DNA of 64,000 nucleotides from Callorhinchus milii (Eukaryota), in assembly GCF_018977255.1 (NCBI RefSeq), contig NW_024704761.1, forward strand, positions 1,984,001-2,048,000. The letters run 5' to 3'. Each line of letters opens with the position of its first letter. Position 1 is the first letter of the stretch. The notes beneath the pieces are model-generated. The model was not told where the DNA came from. It did not search any database and saw only the letters and a program-made list of their open reading frames with translations. The position numbers were made by a program, and so were the translations under genes. Of the stretch, positions 1-10,542 are shown one piece after another.

Positions 1-310
1 GATTCCACTGTACTCCAAGACACGTCTGATGACAAACCAGTCACTAAGGGCAGCGATTTCTTCCCACTCGGCTCCTGTTAAGCCTGCAAGCCAAAGCCCT
101 AACGACTACCGAGCTGGACAAGCGGTGGGATGCTTGTAGACATTCCTCTCAATAGCAAACTGTGCTGTTTTAGCTGGTTAAATTCAAGCAATTACCCCAA
201 CACATACTCTGGGGTCCTCCAGCTTTCAATCCTGCAAACTTGCAGCACGTTAATTTGAGTTTACTTTCTTTGGCCTCCAACACCTTACAGAGTAAACGAG
301 TGTGCCTTAC

Positions 311-3300
311 CTATATTGTAGTCACAGTAGCGGATGTTGGGAGAGATCTCGTCCACACGCTGGCGGTACAGCACAGCCTGCTCATCTGTGAAGGCACTGG
401 CTAGCTTCTCGTAGATTGTCCTGTTGAAGTTTAAAAGTTCTACTTTAAAAGTTCAAAGTTACCCTTATCATACAGCATTCACGGAGGACCAACATGTACA
501 CTTCCTTTTTACACCTAACAGTTTTGTTTCCAAGCTTAAACACATCGCAGGAAGTCTGCATTGTAAAGAAGCAAATCACTTACTTGCATGTGTGCAAAGC
601 TTCCATTGCGCGTTTCCATTCCTGCAGCTCAAAATTCAGCATACCTGTAAGATAGGCAGTGTAGGCCTGAAAGGAACAGGAAACAGTTGTCAGCACAACA
701 ACCACAACAACAAAACAACATGAATTTATGTAGCGCCCCTCACGCATCCAATTGAAAAAAGAAAGTACAGAGGGACTGAAACACTTCACATTGTTTTTTT
801 CTCGTTAGAACTAATTTAATAAACACAAGTTTAGTTCTCAGAGTAAAAGTTAAATTGCTAAGATGTAGATGTTGCTCTCTTTGCATCGTGCTCACAGTCC
901 AATTACAGGCCAGTATAAGCATAAGCAAATAAGTAGCCACCCTCACTACCCCACACAATCCTTCTCCGAATACTTTACCTGAGCTTCTAGTTTGGTTTTT
1001 GCATCGACACGGTTGCTCTCACACAGGCGTTCGAGCTCCTCGCCATGTTTGACGGCTTTCTTCAGCCGAGAGAACAAGTGGAAACGCTTGCGAGGCTCGG
1101 TGTTGGCTTCCTGTTTCAGCTGCATGGCGTAGCTCCATGCGCGCTCTGCATTGATCAGAACCAGCAGCAGGTACCTAATGCCACAAGTTCAGGATTAGAC
1201 ACGAACAAGGCAATGGAACCCAGGACTTCAATCACCTCACCATGTCTGAAATGCCACGGCTACACAGGTAAATACTTGGGAGATGGTTGAAATGACGTGG
1301 AGCAGCCATTTTCATTTTGCATCGTTTTGTAGCGCTGATTTGTTTAAATCTTGATGGGATGTGCACCCCATTCACTCCAAGAGAGAGCGCACGCACACAC
1401 ACACAGCTAGAAACTCACACGTCAATGTCAGCTCACTAGGCAGCCGCCAACATCAAGTCCTGCATGTTGTGGGTGACCTGATAACCGGATCTGTGGCTTT
1501 TGTTTTTAATATAAACACAGGGACCCGAGCAGATTGCTGAACATACCAGCAAAAACAACAGCTTTTACAGCCTCATTATAAAGCAGGCTGGGATTTTATG
1601 AACCTTATGCTGACGCTCAACATATTTATCTGCACTTTGAATCACCCTTTCTTCCCAGGGAAAGATGCCAATAAGATCACAGAGGTACTGAGCTCTGCAC
1701 TGCAAAATGTTAAACTCTCTTGTATTGCATAAAGTGACCTTCCAGCAGCTGATTTTTCTCCTACCTGTTGTCTGAGAGAAGCTCTGCCGTCACTTTCTTG
1801 CCCGTGAACTTGTGTCTGTTCCCCATTTTGAAGCCCAAAGTCTTCCTGAGACGCCGGAGTCTGCGCGAACAGTAACCCCTGCAACCAATCAGAAAACAAC
1901 CAGTGAAATCAACAGCTGGAACTCTCCTCCACCCCAATCAGACGAAGCTCCAGAAACACCACCAAACAGCCATCATAGCCTTGAGATGGAGATGTACCAC
2001 AGGATGAAATCTCTTCTTCTGAAAGAGCAGACTCGGGCTGGGGTGCATTCCATGAGGGCCAGTCACCTCCATTATCTCACCAAGTCACCATTCCAATGTG
2101 CAAGTCCAGTCAGTGAGTGTTAGCACGCTATACTAGCAACGAACAGTATTCCAACTCCGTTAACCACTGAACTGTTCAGTACTGTGCTAAAACCAAAGCT
2201 GACTGACTGGATGTTTGTAATGCCTCGGTGTCTGAATGCTGAGCTTGTGTGCTGAGAGCAACTTAAATGGGCAGAGGACACATATCCAGCATATCACCAC
2301 TGACCTGTATCTCTGGTAGTCTTGATGCCGTAAGCCATGCTGCTGCTGAGAGTCCTTGATTATCTGAAGGACTGGATTTTACACATTGAGGAAAACAGGA
2401 CTCAAACCTCAACAACATTATAAAAGCACACCCAGCAACTGTTAATCATTCATCCATATGGTGTTAGCCAAGGCATAAGCTGTTAAATTACCCACACCAG
2501 AAGTCACTCCAAACATGGAGCAAGACCTGGTGCACTACAGAAGGGCAGACAGCAAAAAGATTCTATTTTGATATTTATTCAATTTATGTTAAAATAAACC
2601 TGTAAGTGAAATGCACATTCCCGTGACTGAAGTTGGATCTGTCTGCCTAGTGCTGTTACACCACATTTAGTGTCCCAAGCAGTTTTGTGCTATTAAATTC
2701 ATGTTAAAGACAAGCCATAAACTAATAGTTACTGTATAATCAGAGAGGGGACTAACACTCCCAGAGGCTGGATGCAACAGTCATTTGAAAACAAGCAGTA
2801 TCAAATTAAATAAAATTTTGCAAATTAGAAGTATAGATAGATACCCAGTACTTATATTAAAAAAAAGTAATTCCCATCACTGAAAACCTGAAGCAGCTGG
2901 ACAACTCGCTCGCCATTCAGGTAAAATACCACAGCAAAATATTACTACCGAAAAAGTGGGCAGAATTTAGAGCGAGCAGGAAACCAGTTAGAAGAGTGAA
3001 GAGTCTCCAAACCGAGCTGAGAATTCCATACATCCCACCAGCACATGGAAATCCCAGTAATAGATTGTTGGAATCGGAGTTCGCTCTCACTCTCTCTCCC
3101 TGCTGGGACACATCCTGCTTACCCAATTCCGGAGAGTATTAGTCTCTTGGGAGTGTGCGTTGGTGGGGTAACTGCTGGAGTTTAACCAGGACGTGGGGTG
3201 TGAACCCAGACCTTTCTGAGCCAGAGACTGAGCCAGAGACCCGACACGTATGGGAAGGAGGGAGGGGAGAGTGCATCGGCGCTACTCAACAGTCAGCTCG

Positions 3301-4038
3301 TAATAATAATAATAATAATAATCCTCGCATTTGATACAGCGCTTTTCACGGCTTCTCGACGTCTCAAAAAGCGCTTCGCAGAATAAGACTGCGAAGCGAA
3401 TCGGCCGTACCATTTGCGGGCGAGAGGCGGCGGCGGAGTCCCCCGCAAACAGCCGTGGGTGGGAAAACGACCCCATTTATTTTTGGGGGGGGGGGGGGTT
3501 TGTCGTTTTTTTTGGGGGGGGGAGGAGACGACGATCGGGCGGAGTAAGGAAACTTGCCCAGGGCTCGGGCTCGGGCTCGGGCTGACCCCCCACCACCCCC
3601 ACCTCGGCCTGGAATTGAACCCCAGGTGTCTCGCTCGCAGGGCGAGTGCTGCAACACTGCACTCCTATTCACAATCAGCGATTAACGCCGACTGTGTGAC
3701 TTGCGGCCGCTGCCGTTGACGTGGGGCAATCAATCCCTCTCCCCATTCCCCCCCCCTCCCCTCCCCTCCCCCGGCTGCCCTCAGGCCCGGGCCCGGGCCG
3801 CCCTCACACTGACACGTAAGCTCTCAGGGCCGAGTTCACCCGCTGACCACTCGTTCCCGCCGTCTGAGAGAGAGAGAGAGGAGAACGCGCCCGGAACCGG
3901 CCCGGGAAGCCCTCCCTTATTCTCCCGCCCCCGCCCTCGCCGCAGGATACTCTCCAGGGACAGCGAGGCCCCGAGCCCCGCCGCTCGGTTCTCTTTATCC
4001 TCCAGCGCATCCGCCACGCTCTCCCGCGGCGCCGCCAT
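311..4038 (-). CDS. SRP68: Signal recognition particle subunit SRP68, 5' part (6 coding exons; continues beyond the window start)
   Basis: Exons in transcript order: 3951-4038, 2305-2371, 1765-1878, 979-1174, 584-666, 311-420. All are GT-AG and the frame is continuous. Translation MAAPRESVADALEDKENRAAGLGASLSLE/ILQIIKDSQQQHGLRHQDYQRYR/GYCSRRLRRLRKTLGFKMGNRHKFTGKKVT.../YLLLVLINAERAWSYAMQLKQEANTEPRKRFHL.../AYTAYLTGML.../TIYEKLASAFT...ISPNIRYCDYNI matches SRP68 as I recall it. Confidence 0.97.
3301..3672 (-). mobile_element. Diverged tRNA-derived SINE copy in SRP68 intron 1
   Basis: (TAA)n tail at 3301-3320, 'gcatttgatacagcgcttttcacg' tail motif and 'ggagtaaggaaacttgccca...ctggaattgaacccagg' head, all as in the intact copies. 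Confidence 0.8.
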
Positions 4039-4270
4039 CAGCCTGGGACCGCGCGCGGCTCGCCGGGATACTGGAGGACCGGCCGGTGCATGCCGGGATA
4101 CTGGAGGAACCGCTGATGTGGGGGGGTGTGGGCGGATTAAAAGGCCACGCCCCCCTCGGCGCCTGTCTGTCAGCGCACTCGCCTCTGGAGTCGCGAGGTT
4201 GTGGGTTCGAGTCCCCGCGTCGCGACTCGAAAGCGGTAGTCGTCTTAAGCTGACGTTTCGGTGCAGTGCT
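3700..4270. promoter_or_regulatory. CpG island around SRP68 exon 1 (divergent SRP68/GALR2 region)
   Basis: High GC and CpG density spanning the SRP68 ATG at 4038. Confidence 0.7.
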
Positions 4271-4273
4271 GAA

Positions 4274-4396
4274 GGGGCTGTGGGGTGTGGGGGGGCTGTG
4301 GGGTGTGGGGGGGCTGTGGGGTGTGGGGGGCTGTGGGCTGGCTGTGGGGTGTGGGGGGGCTGTGGGGTGTGGGGGGGCTGTGGGGTGTGGGGGGTT
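4274..4396 (+). repeat. G-rich minisatellite (GGGGCTGTGGGGTGTGGG)n
   Basis: About 6 tandem ~18-bp units are visible. Confidence 0.9.
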
Positions 4397-5269
4397 GTTG
4401 CACTGTCCAGAGGTGCCATCCCTTTGGGATGAGGTGTTAAAATTGAGGCTCCATCTCATCCGCTTGTTCAGGACAGACTTTAAAAGATCCTCAAAAAAGA
4501 GAAGGGGTGGGGTGGGGGGTACCTCTCTCTCTCACAGTGTCTTGGCCGATACGCCCCACGCCCCCGCGTTAAAAATTGGCTCCCTCCCTTCCCTCCCCTC
4601 CCCCTGACCATTTTCCCCCCCAATGCTCTGGGTCCTGACGCAACTGCACAGCGCCTTGGGACGTCCTCCCGACGTGAAAGGTGCTCTATAAATGGAATCT
4701 TGTTGTTGTTGTTGTTGTTGGATGTTTTTCTGTGAAATTGGCTGCTACGTTCACCTCCAAAATACGGAGTGGCGGCACTGTGCAGCACGGTGAGAAGTCC
4801 TCCCGACGTGAAAGTCGCGAGTACGTCAAATGCCAAGGCTTATTATTATTTATTATAAGGAATATAACTCAGTTCATTTCAGTCAGCAGAGGGCAATGTG
4901 TTGATTTCCGGAGACAGCAGCGGTGCTGAAAGCTAATAATAAATAATATTTAATACAGCGCCTTTCACATTCGGAGGACTAAAGTGTAGTGACTGTGTAT
5001 TTGGAGGCGAACGCGGTAGCCCAATTCACACAGCAGTGTCCCACAAATAGCCATTGAAACAAAGGGCCAATTTTATTTGCGGGATTGCTGGCCATGACAC
5101 TGGGAAAAACTTCCTTCTCTTTTTAAATAGTGCCGTGGGATTTTTAACGTTCACTCGAACAGGCAAACAATGCTGTGTGAATATAAACAATATATTTAAC
5201 TTATGCCAGCAAATGCCTAGTTACTGAAAAGAAAATTGGATGCAAAGGATATCTATCCATCAGAATATC

Positions 5270-5570
5270 TCAGCCTGGCTCAGTCAGAAGGTTGTATGTT
5301 TAAGTCCCACGTTGGGACCTGGAACTCATACAGTATTGGCTGACGCTCCAGTGCAGCGTCAGGGGAGCGCTGTATTTGCAGAGGTGCCGTCTTTCAGATA
5401 AGAAATTAAATCGAGGTCCTGTCTGCCGGTCAGGTGGATGTTAAGGATCCCATGGCACTATTTGAAAAAAGAAATGTGTCTCCCGGTGACCAACTCTTCC
5501 CCCAAATAAAATTCACTTTGCGGCTGTCCTTGAGACATTGCTTTGTGCAAATCGGTTGCTGCATTCATCC
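5270..5570 (+). mobile_element. Deu-domain SINE (SacSINE1/AmnSINE1-like), old copy
   Basis: 'gaggtgccgtctttcagataagaaattaaatcgaggtcctgtctgccggtcaggtggatgttaaggatcccatggcactatttg' resembles the Deu core. Related copies lie near 4410, 9740, 13020, 36860, 46300 (minus) and 60100. Confidence 0.7.
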
Positions 5571-6199
5571 GCCTCTTTACCTTATTAATAATCCTGGCAC
5601 TTGAAACAGTATCTGTAACATCAAACCTTCTCACGGCGCTTCACAGGGCATTACAAACGTAGTGACTGTGTATTTGTACACTACCGCCACCACCCACAAA
5701 ATATACAGTCAATTCACTATATTCTGTGAAGCGCTTTGAGACGACTCAAAGACGTGATAAGGTGCTGTATCAAATGCAAGGATTATTATTATTCCACGAT
5801 TCAATGCGATTCCAACACTTGTGATTCCAAGACACATTGAATCGTGAGAAACACCACATGTGCACTTACCGGCTGCAATGAACTCCAAGTGCGCGGTGTA
5901 GATTATTGATTAAACCCAGTTTTATATGATTCGTAGTTTGCCTTCAACTCATTCTTACGCGCACACCCTCTTACACTCATATACTCACATCCACCTTGCA
6001 CCTCACGCACCGTGTAATCCCAGAGGGAGGGAGACAGCATTAGCCTATAGCTCAAGATCTAAGCGCTGGGAAGGAGAGATGAGATATTGCTGGTATGACT
6101 GACTCCAGGGGGGGAGGGTTTGTTCCTCACCCTCAACATTGAAGCCAATGCAAGACTCCCTGGTAACCAGCCAACCTACTTTATAGCCCCTGTCTTTGG

Positions 6200-7325
6200 G
6201 CAGAGAGACACAGAGCAGATCCAACCCCAACTCCGGGAGACAGAGATTCCGAGAAAGAAAGATTCAGCGACACACAGAGAAAGATTCAGAGAGGGAAAGA
6301 CAGATGGTTTCAGTGAGGGAGAGAGGGGAAGATTTAGACAGAGAGAGATTCGGAGAGAAAGGTTTAGAGACAGAAAGAGAAAGAGTCAAAGAGGGAGGGA
6401 GAGCTGGAGATTCAGAGAGATATTAAGGAGGGAAAGAGACAGAGAGGAGAGATGAAGATTTAGAGAGAGATTGGGGAGGGAGAGAGACAGAGGGAGGGAG
6501 AGGAGAGATGAAGATTTAGAGAGNNNNNNNNNNNNNNNNNNNNNNNNNNNNNNNNNNNNNNNNNNNNNNNNNNNNNNNNNNNNNNNNNNNNNNNNNNNNN
6601 NNNNNNNNNNNNNNNNNNNNNNNNNNNNNNNNNNNNNNNNNNNNNNNNNNNNNNNNNNNNNNACAGAGAGGAGGGGGACAAAGACAGTGAGGAGGGGGAC
6701 AGAGAGGAGAGAGACAGAGAGGAGGGGGACAGAGACAGTGAGGAGAGTGACAGAGAGGAGGGAGACAGAGAGGAGGGGGACAGAGACAGTGAGGAGAGAG
6801 ACAGAGAGGAGGGAGACAGAGACAGTGAGGAGGGGGACAGAGAGGAGAGAGACAGAGAGGAGGGGGACAGAGACAGTGAGGAGGGGGACAGAGACAGAGA
6901 GGAGAGTATAGACAGAGAGGAGGGGGACAGAGACAGTGAGGAGAGAGACAGAGAGGAGAGAGACAGAGAGGAGGGAGAGAGACAGTGAGGAGGGGGACAG
7001 AGACAGAGAGGAGGGAGACAGAGAGGAGAGAGACAGAGAGGAGGGGGACAGAGACAGAGAGGAGGGGGACAGAGACAGAGAGGAGAGAGACAGAGAGGAG
7101 GGGGACAGAGACAGTGAGGAGGGGGACAGAGACAGAGAGGAGAGAGACAGAGAGGAGAGGGACAGAGAGGAGAGAGACAGAGAGGAGAGGGACAGAGAGG
7201 AGAGAGACAGAGAGGAGGGAGAGAGACAGTGAGGAGGGGGACAGAGACAGAGAGGAGGGAGACAGAGAGGAGAGAGACAGAGAGGAGGGGGACAGAGACA
7301 GAGACAGAGAGGAGGGGAGGAGAGG
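6200..7325 (+). repeat. Polypurine (GAGAGAC/GAGGAGGGGGACA)n low-complexity array containing an assembly gap
   Basis: Near-pure purine tandem repeats; Ns at 6524-6662. Confidence 0.95.
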
Positions 7326-7329
7326 GGTG

Positions 7330-7697
7330 ATGGAGGGCAATGGGAGCTGGAGTCAGCCTGAGGTGTGGGGGCTGAGGGCAGAGACGGTGGTGGTACCGGC
7401 GCTGTTCAGTCTGATCCTGGCCCTGGGGACCGCGGGCAATGTGCTGGTGGTGGCGGCGTTGCTCAGACAGAGACACAGACACAGACACAGACACAGCCCG
7501 AGCACCACAGAGCTGTTCATCCTGAACCTGGCCCTGGCCGACCTGGGCTTCCTGCTGTGCTGTGTGCCATTCCAGGCCACGATCTACACCCTCCGCACTT
7601 GGCTGTTCGGATCCTTCCTGTGCAAAGCCGTACATTTCATCATCTTCCTCAGTATGTACAGCAGTGTCTACACACTCACCGCCGTGTCTGTGGACAG
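7330..7697 (+). CDS. GALR2: Galanin receptor type 2-like, coding exon 1 only (TM1-TM3). Exon 2 is not found in the window, so it may be truncated or a pseudogene.
   Basis: ATG at 7330. Translation [45 protein letters not shown]...[66 protein letters not shown] ends at a phase-2 donor AG|GTCAGT inside the DRY motif, the GALR2/3 gene structure. It is divergent from SRP68, as in human. Confidence 0.85.
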
Positions 7698-8243
7698 GTC
7701 AGTGCCCTCACACACTCACACTCACACACACACTACACACTCACCGCCGTGTCTGTGNNNNNNNNNNNNNNNNNNNNNNNNNNNNNNNNNNNNNNNNNNN
7801 NNNNNNNNNNNNNNNNNNNNNNNNNNNNNNNNNNNNNNNNNNNNNNNNNNNNNNNNNNNNNNNNNNNNNNNNNNNNNNNNNNNNNNNNNNNNNNNNNNNN
7901 NNNNNNNNNNNNNNNNNNNNNNNNNNNNNNNNNNNNNNNNNNNNNNNNNNNNNNNNNNNNNNNNNNNNNNNNTACACACTCACCGCCGTGTCTGTGGACA
8001 GGTCAGTGCCCACTCACACTCACACACACACTCACACACTGCACACACACACACACACTCACACACACACACACTACACACTCACCGCCGTGTCTGTGGA
8101 CAGGTCAGTGCCCGCACACACTCACACCACACTACACACACACACTCACACACTGCACACACACACACACTCACACACTGCACACACACACACACTACAC
8201 CCTCACCGCCGTGTCTGTGGACAGGTCAGTGCCCGCACACACT

Positions 8244-8274
<31 letters not shown>

Positions 8275-8425
8275 ACACACACACTGCACACACACACTAC
8301 ACACACACACATTCACACACACACACACTGCACACATACACACTACACCCTCACCGCCGTGTCTGTGGACAGGTCAGTGTCTGCACACACACACACACAC
8401 AGCACTGACACTACACACACACACA
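7669..8425 (+). repeat. Tandem amplification of the GALR2 exon-1 3' end plus splice donor, interleaved with (CA)n
   Basis: Unit TACAC(A/C)CTCACCGCCGTGTCTGTGGACAGGTCAGTG has its donor GT at 7698, 8002, 8104, 8225 and 8373. A further copy is cut by the gap at 7734-7757. Confidence 0.93.
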
Positions 8426-8479
8426 GCACTGACTGACACCGAGACACCGGCAGACAGGGAGACTGCGTGTGTGGTGTGT

Positions 8480-8650
8480 GTGAGAGAGACACTGAGACAG
8501 ACAGACAGACAGACAGACACTGAGAGACAGAGGAAGAGACTGAGAGACAGACAGAGGGAGAGACAGACAGAGGGAGAGACAGACAGAGGGAGAGACAGAC
8601 AGAGGGAGAGACAGACAGAGACACAGACAGACAGAGACACAGACAGACTG
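8480..8650 (+). repeat. (GACA/GAGA)n microsatellite
   Basis: Directly visible. Confidence 0.9.
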
Positions 8651-8808
8651 GGAGATGGGCTACAGAATGGGCGGAGTGGCGGTGGTGAGGACGCGCTGTG
8701 ATGTACAAACTGCTCCAAAGGGAAACTCGGTTGGAGCGGCGCTCCCGTTTGACCCCCGAAACGAGATACTGTGGGGTTTGTGATGGGGTTAACCTGCAGT
8801 GTGGGGCT

Positions 8809-9145
8809 CGGGGGGGGGGGGGGGGGGCAGGGGAGAGGGCAGGGCAGGGGGGCAGGGCAGGGGAGAGGGCAGGGGGCAGGGCAGGGGGCAGGGGGAGAGG
8901 GCAGGGCAGGGGGAGGGGGCAGGGGGAGAGGGCAGGGGGGCAGGGCAGGGGCAGGGGGGCAGGGCAGGACACAGGGCAGGCCAGGGGGCAGGGCAGGGCA
9001 GGGCAGGGGACAGGGCAGGACAGGGCAGGGGACAGGGCAGGACAGGGCAGGGCAGGGCAGGGCAGGCCAGGGGACAGGGCAGGGCAGGACAGGGGGCAGG
9101 GCACAGGGCAGGGCAGGGGGCAGGACACAGGGCAGGGCAGGACAG
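8809..9145 (+). repeat. (GGGCA)n G-rich pentamer array
   Basis: Directly visible; G-quadruplex-prone. Confidence 0.92.
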
Positions 9146-9377
9146 GTGGGGGTGTGAAGGGGGAACTCAACTACTGCTGTAAACCGACTTTACGATCTGT
9201 CTAATGAAAAGGCTGTAAACGGCGCTGATGGCGCACAGGTTCCCGATTAACAGTAATGGTCCACCATCTGTGACCCACTTCAGACTGTGAAGGCAGACAG
9301 TGGGTGGTGTGAGTCTCCAGCCTGCGGTGAGCCACCCTAAGACTCCGTGCAGCCATTAGCAAGATAACGAGACGTTC

Positions 9378-9688
9378 TGCAGCGTAATGGTTAGCGCGCT
9401 CGCCTCGCAAGCGAGAGGACCCGGGTTTCATTCCCGGACGGTGCAAAACCTTAGGCAAGTTTCCTTACTCCACACAGAGCCTAATAATAATCCCTCCAAA
9501 ACCAAAAACAATAATAAATTGGTCATTTTCAATCCACGACAGTTTATGGGACATTGCTGTGCGCAATTGGCTGCCGCGTTCGCCCACAAATATACAGTCA
9601 ATTCACTTTACAGTGTGATCTGTGAAGCGCTTCACCTCCCGACGTGAAAAGCGCTATATCAAATGCAAGGATTATTATTATTATTATT
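9378..9688 (+). mobile_element. tRNA-derived SINE, near full length
   Basis: Diverged tRNA-like head, 'ggcaagtttccttactccacacagagcc' body and '...aaagcgctatatcaaatgcaagg(att)n' tail. Confidence 0.88.
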
Positions 9689-10229
9689 GAACTCGTATCA
9701 TCTTTGAGCTCATTGCCTTGGCTTTAGTGCAGTGCTGGAAGTGGAGGTGCTGACCTTCAGATAAAACATTAAACCAAGATGTTCGCTCCTGTTCGGATGG
9801 AGGTTAAAGATCACATGGCCTATTCAACATGAGAAGAGAGTTTCTCCCTGGGTCCTGCCGAACAATTATCCAGTCAAAATTAATTATTCACTGATGGTTG
9901 TTTGTGGGACATTGCTGTGTGCAAATTGGCTGCCGGGTTTGCTACAAATACATACGTTTTGATGATGTAATGAGGTACTATATCAAATGCCAGGATTCTA
10001 ACAAAGTACTATGTGTAAAATACTCACTGTCCTGGAGGCGTGTTGAGACCTGTGCAGTTCGGCTACCTGGTGAGACGTTTGAGACAGAGTGGTACTGTTT
10101 GGAACTGTGGAAAGTTTGACAACAAAACAAAGTGCTAGTTGGGCTTTCTAGAGGTGTTTGGTTTTCTCGTAACTTCACTCAATTTGTCTTGTGATATTGA
10201 CTTTAATTATGAGGAAATGTATAGGCACA

Positions 10230-10542
10230 TTGTCTATAAGTCCCTTCACTCCCAGGGCCGCTGTCTCCGCTTGGCTGACTCCAGCCTCCTGCTTGTCCCT
10301 CGTCCCCTCCATTCCACCGTTCCACCATCTGCTGCTGTGCTTTCAGCCACTATGCCCCAAAGCTTTGGAACTCTCTCCCCGAATCCCTCTTTCCCGTCTT
10401 TTAGATCACGACTGAAGACCTTCCTCTTTGACCGTGCTTACGGTCACCTCTTCCTCCCTCTTGCTCGGCATCAGGCTCCGCCACTGTTAAGCGCTCCGAG
10501 AAGCTTTCCTGTGTGAAACTATATAAATGTAAGTTGTTGTTG
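10230..10542 (+). mobile_element. L2-type LINE 3' fragment
   Basis: Degenerate RT C-terminus (…[15 protein letters not shown]) followed by a 'ctataaatgtaagttgttgtt' tail. Confidence 0.7.

Noticed and set aside
6460-7329. Long N-terminal extension of GALR2 and antisense Ser/Leu ORFs
   Set aside because: These come from a polypurine repeat spanning an N gap. ATG 7330, followed by an NGS sequon, gives the normal receptor start.
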